Source: a virus. From it: a DNA stretch of 64,000 bases. Position numbers and translations under genes: made by a program. The stretch spans positions 32,001 to 96,000 of IMG/VR virus record IMGVR_UViG_3300025237_000002. One strand, given 5' to 3'. This document shows positions 37,821-48,294 of this stretch, piece by piece. Under the pieces are notes generated by a model. The model was not told the origin of the DNA. It ran no database searches and saw nothing but the letters and a program-made list of their open reading frames with translations. Each line of letters starts with the position of its first letter. The first letter of the stretch is position 1.

Positions 37821-38192
37821 ATGAAAACATTTTTAACTATATTATCATTCATCTTGATATTTACTGGATGTTATTTTTTAATAGGTTTATCTGTAGATAA
37901 ATCAGAGATTAGGACTAAAAAAACAGAAACACTAGATGTTATGTCACTTAGGGTTGATGATGAATCAGAGTATCATTTAACAGCTTTATCTAGTATGTCT
38001 GGACAAGTAGAATCTTGGCACGACTTACGTAGCAATGTGTTAGATATAAGTTTTTGTGATTGTTCAGAACCCAAAGCATATATTGAAGTGAATAGTAGTA
38101 ATAAAGGTACTTTTACTAGAAATACTGTAGGTAGAGATTCATTTATTATAAAACTACCACGTAACTTTAAAATCAACTACTTTGACGATTAA
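37821..38192 (+). CDS. membrane-anchored/secreted protein
   Basis: N-terminal hydrophobic signal. Confidence 0.65.
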   Translation: MKTFLTILSFILIFTGCYFLIGLSVDKSEIRTKKTETLDVMSLRVDDESEYHLTALSSMSGQVESWHDLRSNVLDISFCDCSEPKAYIEVNSSNKGTFTRNTVGRDSFIIKLPRNFKINYFDD

Positions 38193-38226
38193 CTTATATT
38201 ATAAATTAAAACTAAAATAAAACTAA

Positions 38227-38847
38227 ATGAAAAAATTAACAACATTAATTATGATACTTTTTGTATCATTGACAACATTATCACAAAGTGCTTCAGTTTT
38301 TGATGAAGTACTAGACACAAGCAAAGACCTTATCGGGCTATCCAATTTAGCCGATATTGACTCAATTAAAGACCTTTTTGTTCACTATACCAAAGAAGTG
38401 GTAGAAGGTTCTAAAGATGTGGTTTCTACTAGTATAACCATAGTAGAAGACGCAGTTACTATGTTAGTAAAAGAAAGTACTATCATTGTAAGACAATTCA
38501 TAATCTTTACATCGATTAGCTTTGCAATCCCAATTCTATTTGGGCTATTCTTACTATGGGTCGGATTTAGTAAAGTATCAAAATATTTCATTACACCAAA
38601 AGATATTGCAATATTAAGTAATAAAATTAGAGATGAAGAAGAGATAGAGTATAAGAAAGGTAAAGCTTATATCCTATATATGAATAATTATTTTAGAAAT
38701 AAATTAACTCTAATAGGATTTAAAACCACACAATTATCAATATACGCACTTGCAACCTTGTTAATTGTGGAAAATATAATGCCATTTATTAAAGTAACAT
38801 TCTTTAGTAAATTGTACCTAGTTGAATTATTAACTCAATACATATAA
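38227..38847 (+). CDS. membrane protein
   Basis: signal peptide plus TM segments. Confidence 0.7.
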   Translation: MKKLTTLIMILFVSLTTLSQSASVFDEVLDTSKDLIGLSNLADIDSIKDLFVHYTKEVVEGSKDVVSTSITIVEDAVTMLVKESTIIVRQFIIFTSISFAIPILFGLFLLWVGFSKVSKYFITPKDIAILSNKIRDEEEIEYKKGKAYILYMNNYFRNKLTLIGFKTTQLSIYALATLLIVENIMPFIKVTFFSKLYLVELLTQYI

Positions 38848-38851
38848 GATA

Positions 38852-39679
38852 ATGTCAAAAACATCAAAAATATTATACCAACACAAGAATAATGTATTAG
38901 GTAAAAAATCACAAACAGCTGGAGTGTCTAACAAAAAAGAGTTATTACTTCTTGGTGCGCCAAAAGAAACTGATATAGTATTTGAAAGTCTAAATATTAG
39001 AAGTCAAAGTGATTTTGCTAAAGAGCAAATGAAAGATACTATCGAAATTGATACCGTTTCTAAATTCTATAATGGTGCTGAAACTTTCAAAGGCACACAC
39101 CTTAAAGCAATTTGCAATAAATATTTCCTCGCAGTGGTATCAATCGATTCCTTCAAAGGGATATTTCCAGATGTTGCCGCTAAAGCAATTCTAGACTTCA
39201 CAAAAAAAAATGATTCTACTATTATGTCAACTAGTAGATTGTACATCATGGCACATAGGAAGTGGTTTAGAGCCTCTATGAGTGATAAACGAATAAATGA
39301 ACCTTTCATTATCTTTTATAAAGAAAATCATAATAATGAAAGAGCTAATGGTATGGCTATATTAAGTTATAGTAATGTCACACAAATTTATTCATCAGGT
39401 AATGACTTCTCTAACTTTAATAAAATTACCAAGTATTTTACATTAGAGAAATTTTCAAGTAAATCCGATGCACCACTTGGTATTGCAAATTATTCATTAC
39501 TATTAGTATATTCAATACTAATGTGCGTATCTATATATCACGCATCATTTGGTAGTATTCTAGCGACCAATATAATATTATTGGGTGCTGCAACAATATT
39601 TAATTGGAATTCCAAATATAAGAAACATTGGAATTCAATTCCTAAAGATAGAGACACGTTTTATGAAATATCTGAATAA
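38852..39679 (+). CDS. membrane protein
   Basis: two C-terminal TM helices. Confidence 0.7.
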   Translation: MSKTSKILYQHKNNVLGKKSQTAGVSNKKELLLLGAPKETDIVFESLNIRSQSDFAKEQMKDTIEIDTVSKFYNGAETFKGTHLKAICNKYFLAVVSIDSFKGIFPDVAAKAILDFTKKNDSTIMSTSRLYIMAHRKWFRASMSDKRINEPFIIFYKENHNNERANGMAILSYSNVTQIYSSGNDFSNFNKITKYFTLEKFSSKSDAPLGIANYSLLLVYSILMCVSIYHASFGSILATNIILLGAATIFNWNSKYKKHWNSIPKDRDTFYEISE

Positions 39680-39680
39680 T

Positions 39681-39953
39681 ATGAAAACACTCATCATAAT
39701 AGTTATATCATTAACAATTTTATTACCTTGGTATCTATTACCAAATGAACCTTACTATAAAATTGTAGATACTAAAGAATATATATCGTTTGAAAGAGCT
39801 TACTCTATTCTTGTACAACCCATAACTGATGATAATGATTATTATTATACAGAATCAAGAACTTATGAGAAAACAAGAGGTTATTTTCCTTTTGTATATA
39901 CAAAAAAACAAATATCAAAAACGCCAAGATTATATTGGCATAGTACACGATAA
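39681..39953 (+). CDS. membrane-anchored protein
   Basis: MKTLIIIVISLTILL start at 39681. Confidence 0.6.
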   Translation: MKTLIIIVISLTILLPWYLLPNEPYYKIVDTKEYISFERAYSILVQPITDDNDYYYTESRTYEKTRGYFPFVYTKKQISKTPRLYWHSTR

Positions 39954-39955
39954 AA

Positions 39956-40144
39956 ATGAGTGATAAAACAAAAGCATATGGTGCGCTAATACTTGGTTTA
40001 ATTGGGTTCTTCACTCTAGGTGGGTATACAATTACGACTACTAAGTTTGATGGGACAATTGAACTTCATAGATGGGCATTAACTGGTTTCTTTGCGGTGA
40101 TGTTTATTGGCGTAGCTATTGAGAAATTTAGAAAAGGTGTATGA
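39956..40144 (+). CDS. small two-TM protein
   Basis: two hydrophobic helices. Confidence 0.6.
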   Translation: MSDKTKAYGALILGLIGFFTLGGYTITTTKFDGTIELHRWALTGFFAVMFIGVAIEKFRKGV

Positions 40145-40677
40145 TATTAGAAAAGGTCTTATGTATTGTAGGTGAAGCTAATAGAACTGGAGTTATGCCT
40201 GAAGGTAAAACTAGAGAATTTATTGCACTTCATAATCACCCACATAATGATAAGGAGAATGGACAGTCTAGGTCACATTATCATGGTGATTCAAGATTCG
40301 ATGTACCCCAACCTCATATCCCTAAAGATTGGCATATGAGAAGGTCTGGTGGTGCAAGGATAGTCATTAATAAAGATGGTTCCTTTGTCGATTTTGGTGG
40401 ATACTATAAGATGTACCTTGAAGAAATAGAGTTATACCGTAATGATGAACCTCAGATGAGTAAAACTACACTTGACCTAATCACTAATTCTAAATTAAAG
40501 CATAAGTGCATTCATAAAGGTAAATGCCCACATAGAGGTTTTGACCTATCAAATGAAATACCAGTGGATGGTATTATTACATGTCCTCTACATAGCTTAC
40601 AGTTTGATGCTGAAACGGGTGTATTAATAACTGACATGTCACTAGTTAAACCATATAATCCAAATCCTTGGGGTTAA
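40141..40677 (+). CDS. Rieske [2Fe-2S]-like domain protein
   Basis: CPHRG...ITCPLHSLQFD; His-rich N-terminal part. Confidence 0.75.
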   Translation: MILEKVLCIVGEANRTGVMPEGKTREFIALHNHPHNDKENGQSRSHYHGDSRFDVPQPHIPKDWHMRRSGGARIVINKDGSFVDFGGYYKMYLEEIELYRNDEPQMSKTTLDLITNSKLKHKCIHKGKCPHRGFDLSNEIPVDGIITCPLHSLQFDAETGVLITDMSLVKPYNPNPWG

Positions 40678-40687
40678 ATATAATAAA

Positions 40688-40960
40688 ATGAATAAAAAAG
40701 ACCTATATGCAAATACAAAGATGTTCTTGTTCGCAAGATACCTGGCAACTTGCTATGCTGATGAACATATGAATGCTAATGGTAAGTCACAACACGATAT
40801 GGAATATGACCCCGCAGAGGGAATGTCCGTACTAAACCTTGAAGATGGCTATTGGTACATGGAACAACTGAAGCATTTCAATGACGTAGTTTACCCAAAC
40901 TACATCAAAGGTGGTGGAGTTAAAGAAGCATCCGAATTTATAACTAAGAATCATGGCTAA
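40688..40960 (+). CDS. hypothetical protein
   Basis: 90 aa. Confidence 0.65.
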   Translation: MNKKDLYANTKMFLFARYLATCYADEHMNANGKSQHDMEYDPAEGMSVLNLEDGYWYMEQLKHFNDVVYPNYIKGGGVKEASEFITKNHG

Positions 40961-41186
40961 AGATAGATATAAAATTTATAGAAGCACTACCAAGTATGGT
41001 AGCTTAAATGAAGCACGCAATAACGTTGGTATTGATGAAGTGAATAATGCTATTGAAATGCACATGGAAAAAGATTGGTACAAACACTATGTAGAAATTC
41101 TTAAACTAATCGGTAAGCGATGGCTTAAAATTATCATAATCCATGATGGTGTATTTATTAAAACTAAAAACTATCCAAATGAGTAA
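40953..41186 (+). CDS. hypothetical protein
   Basis: 77 aa, coupled. Confidence 0.55.
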   Translation: MAKDRYKIYRSTTKYGSLNEARNNVGIDEVNNAIEMHMEKDWYKHYVEILKLIGKRWLKIIIIHDGVFIKTKNYPNE

Positions 41187-41655
41187 ATTCCTAATAAAAT
41201 TAATATGGTTCATAGTACTAACTATGGCTGTCATAGTATCATTCAATCTTCAATATAAGGATGGATATAAAGTTAGAGATTTGATAATATTTGCTAGAGT
41301 ATTTTCCACTATATTACTTTTTATCTGGACTGTTGGAATGGGTGAAACTCTAAAAGAGATTGTCACTTTACGATACAAATTAATTGAAAATGGTTGGGAT
41401 TATGAAGTTAAATACCTAATAATAGGTTGGTTTTTTATTCCATCTTGGAAGCCAATCAATGAAAAGTATCATAGCTACACATCTCAAAATATGTTTGGTG
41501 CTGAGACTCATGGTGGTTACTCAACCGATGTCACATATAAGAGCAAAGGTAAGGCTTTAAAAGCAATTGAAGAACATAAATTAGAAATAAAAAAAGCTAG
41601 GGTAAAGTGGTTTAAAAAACCTGAACCTAAAAAAAGAAAAATAACATATCTATAA
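41179..41655 (+). CDS. membrane protein
   Basis: two N-terminal TM helices. Confidence 0.65.
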   Translation: MSKFLIKLIWFIVLTMAVIVSFNLQYKDGYKVRDLIIFARVFSTILLFIWTVGMGETLKEIVTLRYKLIENGWDYEVKYLIIGWFFIPSWKPINEKYHSYTSQNMFGAETHGGYSTDVTYKSKGKALKAIEEHKLEIKKARVKWFKKPEPKKRKITYL

Positions 41656-41658
41656 ACT

Positions 41659-41952
41659 ATGACGCTAACTGAAGAAGTATTGAAAACTAAATTAGGAACT
41701 GAAATACCTATGACGACAAGGGGAATCCTATATCTATGTGAGTATAAGTATGGTACACCTGAACTTATTATACACGATGAGAGATTGTATGATTCAGCTT
41801 ATGAGGCACTTGAAGCATACGCTAACATACCGAATCCTGAATCCCAATTGGTAACAGGTAATACATTCAATGAGCTAATCACCGACCTTATCCAGTTACA
41901 TGAAGATGTGGAAAACGAGAAATGGTTGATTGAATTAGCCGAATATCTATAA
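41659..41952 (+). CDS. hypothetical protein
   Basis: 97 aa. Confidence 0.65.
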   Translation: MTLTEEVLKTKLGTEIPMTTRGILYLCEYKYGTPELIIHDERLYDSAYEALEAYANIPNPESQLVTGNTFNELITDLIQLHEDVENEKWLIELAEYL

Positions 41953-42006
41953 TATATTTGGTAATGTGAAATATTAGTCATATATTTGTAATCTAAATAA
42001 GATAAT

Positions 42007-42363
42007 ATGAAAACAGAAGAAGAAATGGAAGATGAAAAAGTAGTAATGTTACCTATACTTCAGACAATGAAAAAACACCTACTACATTTAATTGAAGAAG
42101 GTGTACCACACGACTCTCATTATGGTTTATGTAATGTAAGTATGGATTGTTTTAATGACCTTGAAAACCACAAAAAAAATACTATATTTAAAGCGTATTT
42201 ATACGAGGTTAATAAACGAAAACGTATCTTCTGGAATAATAATGGTGAGAAAGGTAGACGTATAAAAGGTGGTTACAATTTTTTTGGTTTCCATTGGAAC
42301 CCTAGTGACACCAAATCAAGACTTAAATGGCTTGATAAACAAATCGCAATCGAATCAAAATGA
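42007..42363 (+). CDS. hypothetical protein (paralog of 49880-50218)
   Basis: YGLC...W.P....R..WL.K.I.IES. Confidence 0.65.
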   Translation: MKTEEEMEDEKVVMLPILQTMKKHLLHLIEEGVPHDSHYGLCNVSMDCFNDLENHKKNTIFKAYLYEVNKRKRIFWNNNGEKGRRIKGGYNFFGFHWNPSDTKSRLKWLDKQIAIESK

Positions 42364-42531
42364 ATCAACTATGAAACCAATACACACAATTCTAATGCTA
42401 ATTTCGTTGATACTAATGAGCGTAGCTTTTTTTACCAAAACAGAAACTCTATTGTATTTGGCGTTAGCCATAGCATACGCAGACTCATTTATTTGGTTTC
42501 TTGAAACTAAAGATAATTAATAAGAGATAAT

Positions 42532-42858
42532 ATGGAAATACTTAAAAGACTTTTAAAGTTCGGAACCAAGTTATTAGCAGTAACTGCTTTGGCACTTGGA
42601 ATCCTAATAATAGGACCATTCGTATACGTAGGAACAATAATATTCTATGCAGTCCAAATCGTATGGGCTAAGATTGATTGGCAAACTTGTAAGTATTGTA
42701 ACGAAAAGAAAGAGATGTTCTTTTACACTCACGAAACACATATCCGAGACTCTGGTGATTATATCGAAGGAACTGAACAAATCTGTACGACATGTGCAAT
42801 ACCATACTTCGATAATGGAGGTAAAAAAGAATCCAATGACGATACAACAACTAAATAA
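42532..42858 (+). CDS. membrane protein with zinc ribbon
   Basis: TM followed by CxxC...CxxC. Confidence 0.6.
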   Translation: MEILKRLLKFGTKLLAVTALALGILIIGPFVYVGTIIFYAVQIVWAKIDWQTCKYCNEKKEMFFYTHETHIRDSGDYIEGTEQICTTCAIPYFDNGGKKESNDDTTTK

Positions 42859-43078
42859 CAGTTTAGACTTACTAGACGAGATTCTAATCAACGATGACCC
42901 AATATTATTTAGGTTTGATGATTATGATACCGTAATGGGAGTGCTTTTAGATGTAAAGATAGATGACTATGATTTGGAACTATTAAGCCCTGAGAATAAG
43001 GTAATGTTAGTCCACATACATATTGGTAAAGAGTCTAGAGAAAGGACCGCACGTAATAGAATGTTAAGAAGATACTAA
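42836..43078 (+). CDS. hypothetical protein
   Basis: ATG 42836, coupled. Confidence 0.55.
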   Translation: MTIQQLNNSLDLLDEILINDDPILFRFDDYDTVMGVLLDVKIDDYDLELLSPENKVMLVHIHIGKESRERTARNRMLRRY

Positions 43079-43359
43079 TGAGGTTTTTAAAGATAGATAG
43101 CTTACCGAAAGTATCCAAGATGTGGGTCGATAGAGACCACATGATGTTACACGCTTGTTTTCAATTACTACAAGATTGTATGGAGAATGAACACGTTGAT
43201 ACTCATTGTAACTATGAAGCACATAAAGACTTCGTAGATGAGGTTAGATTCTTATATAAATGGTGGATTGAACGTAAGCACAATCTTACTGACAATGATA
43301 AAGAAGATGATGAAATGCTTGATAGATTGATGAAGATTAGACGAATGTTATGGACTTAA
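43078..43359 (+). CDS. hypothetical phage protein
   Basis: W.DRD..MLHACF..L, LYKWW, L.RL.KIR..LWT. Confidence 0.7.
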   Translation: MRFLKIDSLPKVSKMWVDRDHMMLHACFQLLQDCMENEHVDTHCNYEAHKDFVDEVRFLYKWWIERKHNLTDNDKEDDEMLDRLMKIRRMLWT

Positions 43360-43496
43360 AAATTAAATCACATATGAAACTAATTAAATTTTATTTGGGG
43401 TATATATTTTATACCCTCGTTGGTTATGGTTTAATTATGTAGAATAATTTGGTAGTGTCAAATATATGACGTATATTTGTAATCTAAATAAAACAT

Positions 43497-45125
43497 ATGG
43501 AAACTCAGACTTTAAATTTTTGGACAAACGGTGAATGCCTAACGAATCTATATAGAGATTTTATTCGTGAAGGTAGCTTCTCGGTTGTCGTTGAAGAATT
43601 TGCCAGACAAGATATACCAAAAGAAGAAATCAGAAAATTCTTCTTACAAGAAACTAAATTCGAAGGTGACACTAGAGAAGGTGACCATGATTTAGGTATC
43701 GTTCCAGACAAAGGTCTTTCCCATGATGATTTATTTGAATGGTTTAAAACATCTATCAGAACCCTATGTTCTAACGAAGAAGAGTTTGATAGAGATGATG
43801 TGCTTTGTGCGCTTGAAAAACCTTTTCTACTTCTAGTAGATGATAAGGTTGCAAAGAATCTAAAGTATTTCTTCTCATTATTCCCTAGAGAAGAAATCAG
43901 AAAGACTTTCAATAGAGACTTCGCAATGGAATCTATGAAAGTTGTTGATAAAATAGATGGTCCATATTTCAATGGAATTATTTTACAAGATGGTACGATT
44001 ATAGAAGTCGGACCACAAGAACATAGACATTACTACCCAATACTAACTAAGTATGGTTTAGCCAACGATAGAGGTTGGGGATTTGACTGTACTATGACAA
44101 TCAAAATTACTGATGGTCAACTAAATGGTTCTGGGTCAAATCATATACTTAATTGGGGAATGTTTCACGAGGAAGCTGACATCACACCCGTACAAGCTGA
44201 AACCTTAATAAATAACCTAGAGCATTTATCTGAATATGGTCACTATAGCGACCCTTTAATTAATAACCTCATCGAATATATCGAAGTTGAAGCTAATTGT
44301 GGTGCTAAGTATGGGAAATTGAAATTCCTAGAAAAGTCTCACCCTGAAATTAAATTACCTAAGTTTAGTAAAACGGAAATCGAAGGAGTTACAAATTGTA
44401 TCAGAACTTCACCAAAGGATTCAATCTCAGGTCTATTGAATAGTAAATTTGATTTAAATGAAAATTCAATCGATGAAATAAAAGCTGACTTTGAAAAATA
44501 TAAAGATGTTTCTAAAGGAAATGTATTACATTTTTTCTACCAAGAATACATAGAAGGTGTAAACGGTGTTTGTAATTTCTTCGATAGTAAATTTAACTAC
44601 TCTTGCTCAACAAATAGAGGTGACGTTGTGTTAGGTAAGAAAGGTAATCATAAATTATCTAAATCAGAAGGAACTTACTTGAATGACTTGTCTGTAAAGA
44701 TAAGTGATGAACTTGAAAAGAATGTACAACTAGAATTTGTTATCACCGATTCAGGTGAAATATATATAGTACAACTTAAAATCATGGGTGATGCTAAAAG
44801 AGAGAATTATAGAGGGATGCAATTGATAATTAAAGAGGAAATTATCACAACTGGAAAGTCCTTTTACGGTACTAACGCATTCGGTCTTAAACGTGAGGAT
44901 GTTCTAATTATTGATAGTGATTGTGAAAGCAAAGACCTAATCGGTAAGAAAGCCCTTATAGTGAGAGATGATGTACAATTCTCACACGCTCTAGCACTAA
45001 GCTACTCAATGGCAATTCCAAGTATCTACGCAGTAGGTGACGTTGAAATTCCTGATGTGTTCTCAATCGATACATATGAAGAAGTGGGTTATATCTTAAA
45101 CAGAACTAAACAACAGAAAGTATGA
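43497..45125 (+). CDS. PEP-utilising enzyme-like protein (ATP-grasp plus phosphohistidine swivel domain)
   Basis: YQEYIEG..GV, QLEFVI...GEIYIVQ.K, FSHALALS..MAIPS. Confidence 0.65.
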   Translation: METQTLNFWTNGECLTNLYRDFIREGSFSVVVEEFARQDIPKEEIRKFFLQETKFEGDTREGDHDLGIVPDKGLSHDDLFEWFKTSIRTLCSNEEEFDRDDVLCALEKPFLLLVDDKVAKNLKYFFSLFPREEIRKTFNRDFAMESMKVVDKIDGPYFNGIILQDGTIIEVGPQEHRHYYPILTKYGLANDRGWGFDCTMTIKITDGQLNGSGSNHILNWGMFHEEADITPVQAETLINNLEHLSEYGHYSDPLINNLIEYIEVEANCGAKYGKLKFLEKSHPEIKLPKFSKTEIEGVTNCIRTSPKDSISGLLNSKFDLNENSIDEIKADFEKYKDVSKGNVLHFFYQEYIEGVNGVCNFFDSKFNYSCSTNRGDVVLGKKGNHKLSKSEGTYLNDLSVKISDELEKNVQLEFVITDSGEIYIVQLKIMGDAKRENYRGMQLIIKEEIITTGKSFYGTNAFGLKREDVLIIDSDCESKDLIGKKALIVRDDVQFSHALALSYSMAIPSIYAVGDVEIPDVFSIDTYEEVGYILNRTKQQKV

Positions 45126-45340
45126 ACATAGAAAAATTAAATAGAGGTAACCAAATTATAACTGAAATAGCTTATCTAAAGGGATTAATAAAATCACCTA
45201 TTACATTTACAAGCACATCAAATGGTGGGGCTACTACAATTATAATTTCTGATAATGTTAATAGACAATTTGGACCAAAAATAGTGAGCGTTTTGGTAGC
45301 AGAAGTAAAAGCTCTTGAAGAAGAATTTAATTCATTATAA
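45122..45340 (+). CDS. hypothetical protein
   Basis: 72 aa, ends LEEEFNSL. Confidence 0.6.
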   Translation: MNIEKLNRGNQIITEIAYLKGLIKSPITFTSTSNGGATTIIISDNVNRQFGPKIVSVLVAEVKALEEEFNSL

Positions 45341-45341
45341 C

Positions 45342-45731
45342 ATGAAAGTAACACTAGGAACATTTAAAGGAACTAAGGGCACACCATTTGTCGCATTGAT
45401 TATAGATAACTACGCAGTAGCTATGAAATCAATTACGGATATCGTAGGTCATTCAATAATTGCAATGACATTACACCCACATGGATTGTATGATAATGAT
45501 AGACCCATTGTTGATATCAATACAGGTAAAGAGGTTTATGCTAGACTACTTAAAAGGCTCCAGAAAAAGGGGGAAACTGTTATGAATTATGATGGTGGGA
45601 ATTGTAGTTTAGATTTATATACATGGGAAGAGGTTAGCCGAGTGACATGTGAATACCCATATGAAACTAACTTAAGAGATTTATTAATAAAAGAAAATAA
45701 ACAATATGAAATATCCGAAATTTATAATTGA
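45342..45731 (+). CDS. hypothetical protein
   Basis: ATG 45342. Confidence 0.65.
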   Translation: MKVTLGTFKGTKGTPFVALIIDNYAVAMKSITDIVGHSIIAMTLHPHGLYDNDRPIVDINTGKEVYARLLKRLQKKGETVMNYDGGNCSLDLYTWEEVSRVTCEYPYETNLRDLLIKENKQYEISEIYN

Positions 45732-46008
45732 AGGGACAAGTCTAGTAATAGGCAAAGCAGAATTACACGTAGATATGTCAAACGTTAAAGAAGACGTAGT
45801 ATCTGGTGGTTGGTATAATATTGATACCGAAAAGAAAGAATTACACCTATTTGGTAAGTCTTACGACTTTGGAAGGTTCACACCTGAACAAGTCCTAGAA
45901 TGTACCACTGTCGGCACTCGACATAATACTGATAACCTAAGTGATTATAAAATATTATATAGTCGTGAAGTTTATGATGGGGATGTGAAGGAAATTAAAG
46001 CTGAGTAA
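45706..46008 (+). CDS. hypothetical protein, Janus/PHPT1-like motif
   Basis: H.D...VSGGW..D...K.LHLFGKSYDFGR. Confidence 0.5.
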   Translation: MKYPKFIIEGTSLVIGKAELHVDMSNVKEDVVSGGWYNIDTEKKELHLFGKSYDFGRFTPEQVLECTTVGTRHNTDNLSDYKILYSREVYDGDVKEIKAE

Positions 46009-46062
46009 ATTAGGTTGTCTCAAATAAAAGTAGTATCTTTGTAAGAACATTAAAGCTATTAT

Positions 46063-46269
46063 ATGATAAGTTGGAAAGAATTATTTAAATTATGTGTGTT
46101 TGTTGAAGGACTGAACCTATTAGTATGCCTTGGTTTTTGCTTATATGAATATCTAACAGGTGGAGATGCGATAACATTTACCACATTCCTTCAAACATCA
46201 GCAGTTGTAATAGGCTCAACAATATTAGCAGTACTAATCACACCACTAGCAAATTGGTGGTTTAAATAA
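46063..46269 (+). CDS. small two-TM protein
   Basis: hydrophobic; promoter at 46034. Confidence 0.6.
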   Translation: MISWKELFKLCVFVEGLNLLVCLGFCLYEYLTGGDAITFTTFLQTSAVVIGSTILAVLITPLANWWFK

Positions 46270-46278
46270 CTAAGAATT

Positions 46279-46713
46279 ATGATGAAATATATTCTACTTT
46301 TACTCGTAGTAATTACAAGTCTTACGTCTTGTAATAACATAATCACAAGAACAACTGAAGAATTTCCACTTAGACAATTAGTCCAAAATGAAGAAACTTC
46401 ACCACACACATCAGCTAGTTACTTCCTATTCATGGGTGGTTATCACTCGTCAACTTCAACTCAAAATAAGTTGAAGGTATTTGCTAGTGTTGATGGTATG
46501 TATCAATTCATCAACATGAATTTGGAGAACGTAAGAATTAAGATAGTAGATTCTACACTTACACCATCTATACAAGCAGTATATAGGTCTAGATTTGACG
46601 ACCTAACGAATGAAAGAATCTTAAATGGTGGTACTTGGGTTAGTTACTATATTATAAACGTACCTGAGAAGTACCTACCAAAGAGATTAATACCAATTGA
46701 TATTACAAATTAA
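46279..46713 (+). CDS. putative lipoprotein
   Basis: LLLLVVITSLTSC lipobox. Confidence 0.7.
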   Translation: MMKYILLLLVVITSLTSCNNIITRTTEEFPLRQLVQNEETSPHTSASYFLFMGGYHSSTSTQNKLKVFASVDGMYQFINMNLENVRIKIVDSTLTPSIQAVYRSRFDDLTNERILNGGTWVSYYIINVPEKYLPKRLIPIDITN

Positions 46714-46728
46714 CCTAAAACAAAAATT

Positions 46729-46911
46729 ATGATATTACTAATTACATTTTTATCCTTTAAATGGATAATTCTAGGAGCGATTATTATGGGTTACATTATG
46801 TGGGCTAGAAAAATTGAGAAGAAATCAAGTGGTTGGTTCTCTCAAGTGGACCAATTTAAACCATTCGTTATTTTCTTACTAACCATCATTGGATGGCTAA
46901 TCATATTTTAA
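46729..46911 (+). CDS. small membrane protein
   Basis: two hydrophobic segments. Confidence 0.55.
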   Translation: MILLITFLSFKWIILGAIIMGYIMWARKIEKKSSGWFSQVDQFKPFVIFLLTIIGWLIIF

Positions 46912-46912
46912 T

Positions 46913-47119
46913 ATGCTACCAAGAAAAGAAATGTTGAAACAAATAAATCGTTTCTACGATATGATTGATGAAATCAATAAAGCCGTTGCACTAGAAGGTA
47001 AAGATGCACCAGCTCACTTATTCATGGATTACTTTCAATTGACAGCCAAAACTGGCACGCAATTACAATATGCAATTGGTCATCTAAAAGATGATTTAGA
47101 TAATTTAGAATCAGAATAA
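46913..47119 (+). CDS. hypothetical protein
   Basis: 68 aa. Confidence 0.6.
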   Translation: MLPRKEMLKQINRFYDMIDEINKAVALEGKDAPAHLFMDYFQLTAKTGTQLQYAIGHLKDDLDNLESE

Positions 47120-47459
47120 TGACAGATATAAAATTAGATGATAAATCTATGGATAAGATAATCCTTACGGCTATACAAATAGCCACTGGGTTAAATTATG
47201 GGTCTAAACAATCTGAAAGATATCTAATACAAACTAAAGCAAGATGCTTTCGTGAACAGAGTAATGAACCAACAATACAAATCTCATGATAATAATATTT
47301 TTAATAGTATTTTACGTAATATTTTCTTACCTAGTGTTACTTGGTATTAAATTCGGTGATATGAACCTTCCTTTGTGGAATATAGCAATAGCACCAATAG
47401 CTCTACCAATATTATTAGGTAAATGGTTAGCTATAAACTTCGACAAATAATGAAAGGTA

Positions 47460-47969
47460 ATGAATAAAACACCCAAAGAAGAAGCAACAGAAATGATTGC
47501 CGTATTTAGACAAAGATGTAAATTCTTAGGAGATAATCATTTTGAAACACATTATGTCCTCAATGAACAGCAAGCCATAAATTGTGCAATCCTATGTGTG
47601 GATAGAATATTGAAAACTGACCCGCAAATCATTACCTATGAGGGAAATAAATATGACCCAACGCAATACGAAAAACACGCTAAAGGTAATACAATATATT
47701 GGATTGAAGTGAAACGTGAACTTGAAAGTAGACTCGAAGATAAAGACACGTCACCAAGTATTACAGATTGGATATTAGGTTTAGAAACATGGACCGAAGT
47801 TCCAGAATGTGAAATTGATTTTAAAAAATTAAAACCTACTGATATTTCAAATTCTCTTCATATATTTGAAGAAAAATATAAAATTGATGGTGATGAGTAT
47901 AGATTATTATACCCAATTAGTAACCCTAATGCAAGTCCAAGAATTGAAATTTTAAATAAGACAAAATGA
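47460..47969 (+). CDS. hypothetical phage protein
   Basis: TPKEEA...AINCAILCVD.I...YW.EVK.EL. Confidence 0.7.
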   Translation: MNKTPKEEATEMIAVFRQRCKFLGDNHFETHYVLNEQQAINCAILCVDRILKTDPQIITYEGNKYDPTQYEKHAKGNTIYWIEVKRELESRLEDKDTSPSITDWILGLETWTEVPECEIDFKKLKPTDISNSLHIFEEKYKIDGDEYRLLYPISNPNASPRIEILNKTK

Positions 47970-48226
47970 AACCAACATACTCAGACATATTACTAGATGT
48001 AATAGCAGATTATGCAGAAGAAAATATTAAGTTCAGTCCAAGAAGTTTTGATAAAGTTCAAATCTTAGAAGTTACCTTTAGAGCTATGGAAATAGCTAGA
48101 AATGGTAATGTATCAGAACAGAGCAAAGGTATGTATAAAAGAAAATATCTCAAAGAATTGAAACAAAAAAGGCGCAACAAAGTAATTCAAGAAATTAAAG
48201 ATAAAATCGCTAAACATGAACATTAA
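47966..48226 (+). CDS. hypothetical protein
   Basis: 86 aa, coupled. Confidence 0.6.
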   Translation: MKPTYSDILLDVIADYAEENIKFSPRSFDKVQILEVTFRAMEIARNGNVSEQSKGMYKRKYLKELKQKRRNKVIQEIKDKIAKHEH

Positions 48227-48294
48227 AATACTAAGCCAAAATATTGCCAATAACCCACAAGACTTCAATGCTGAAAGACTAGAAGAACTATTCA

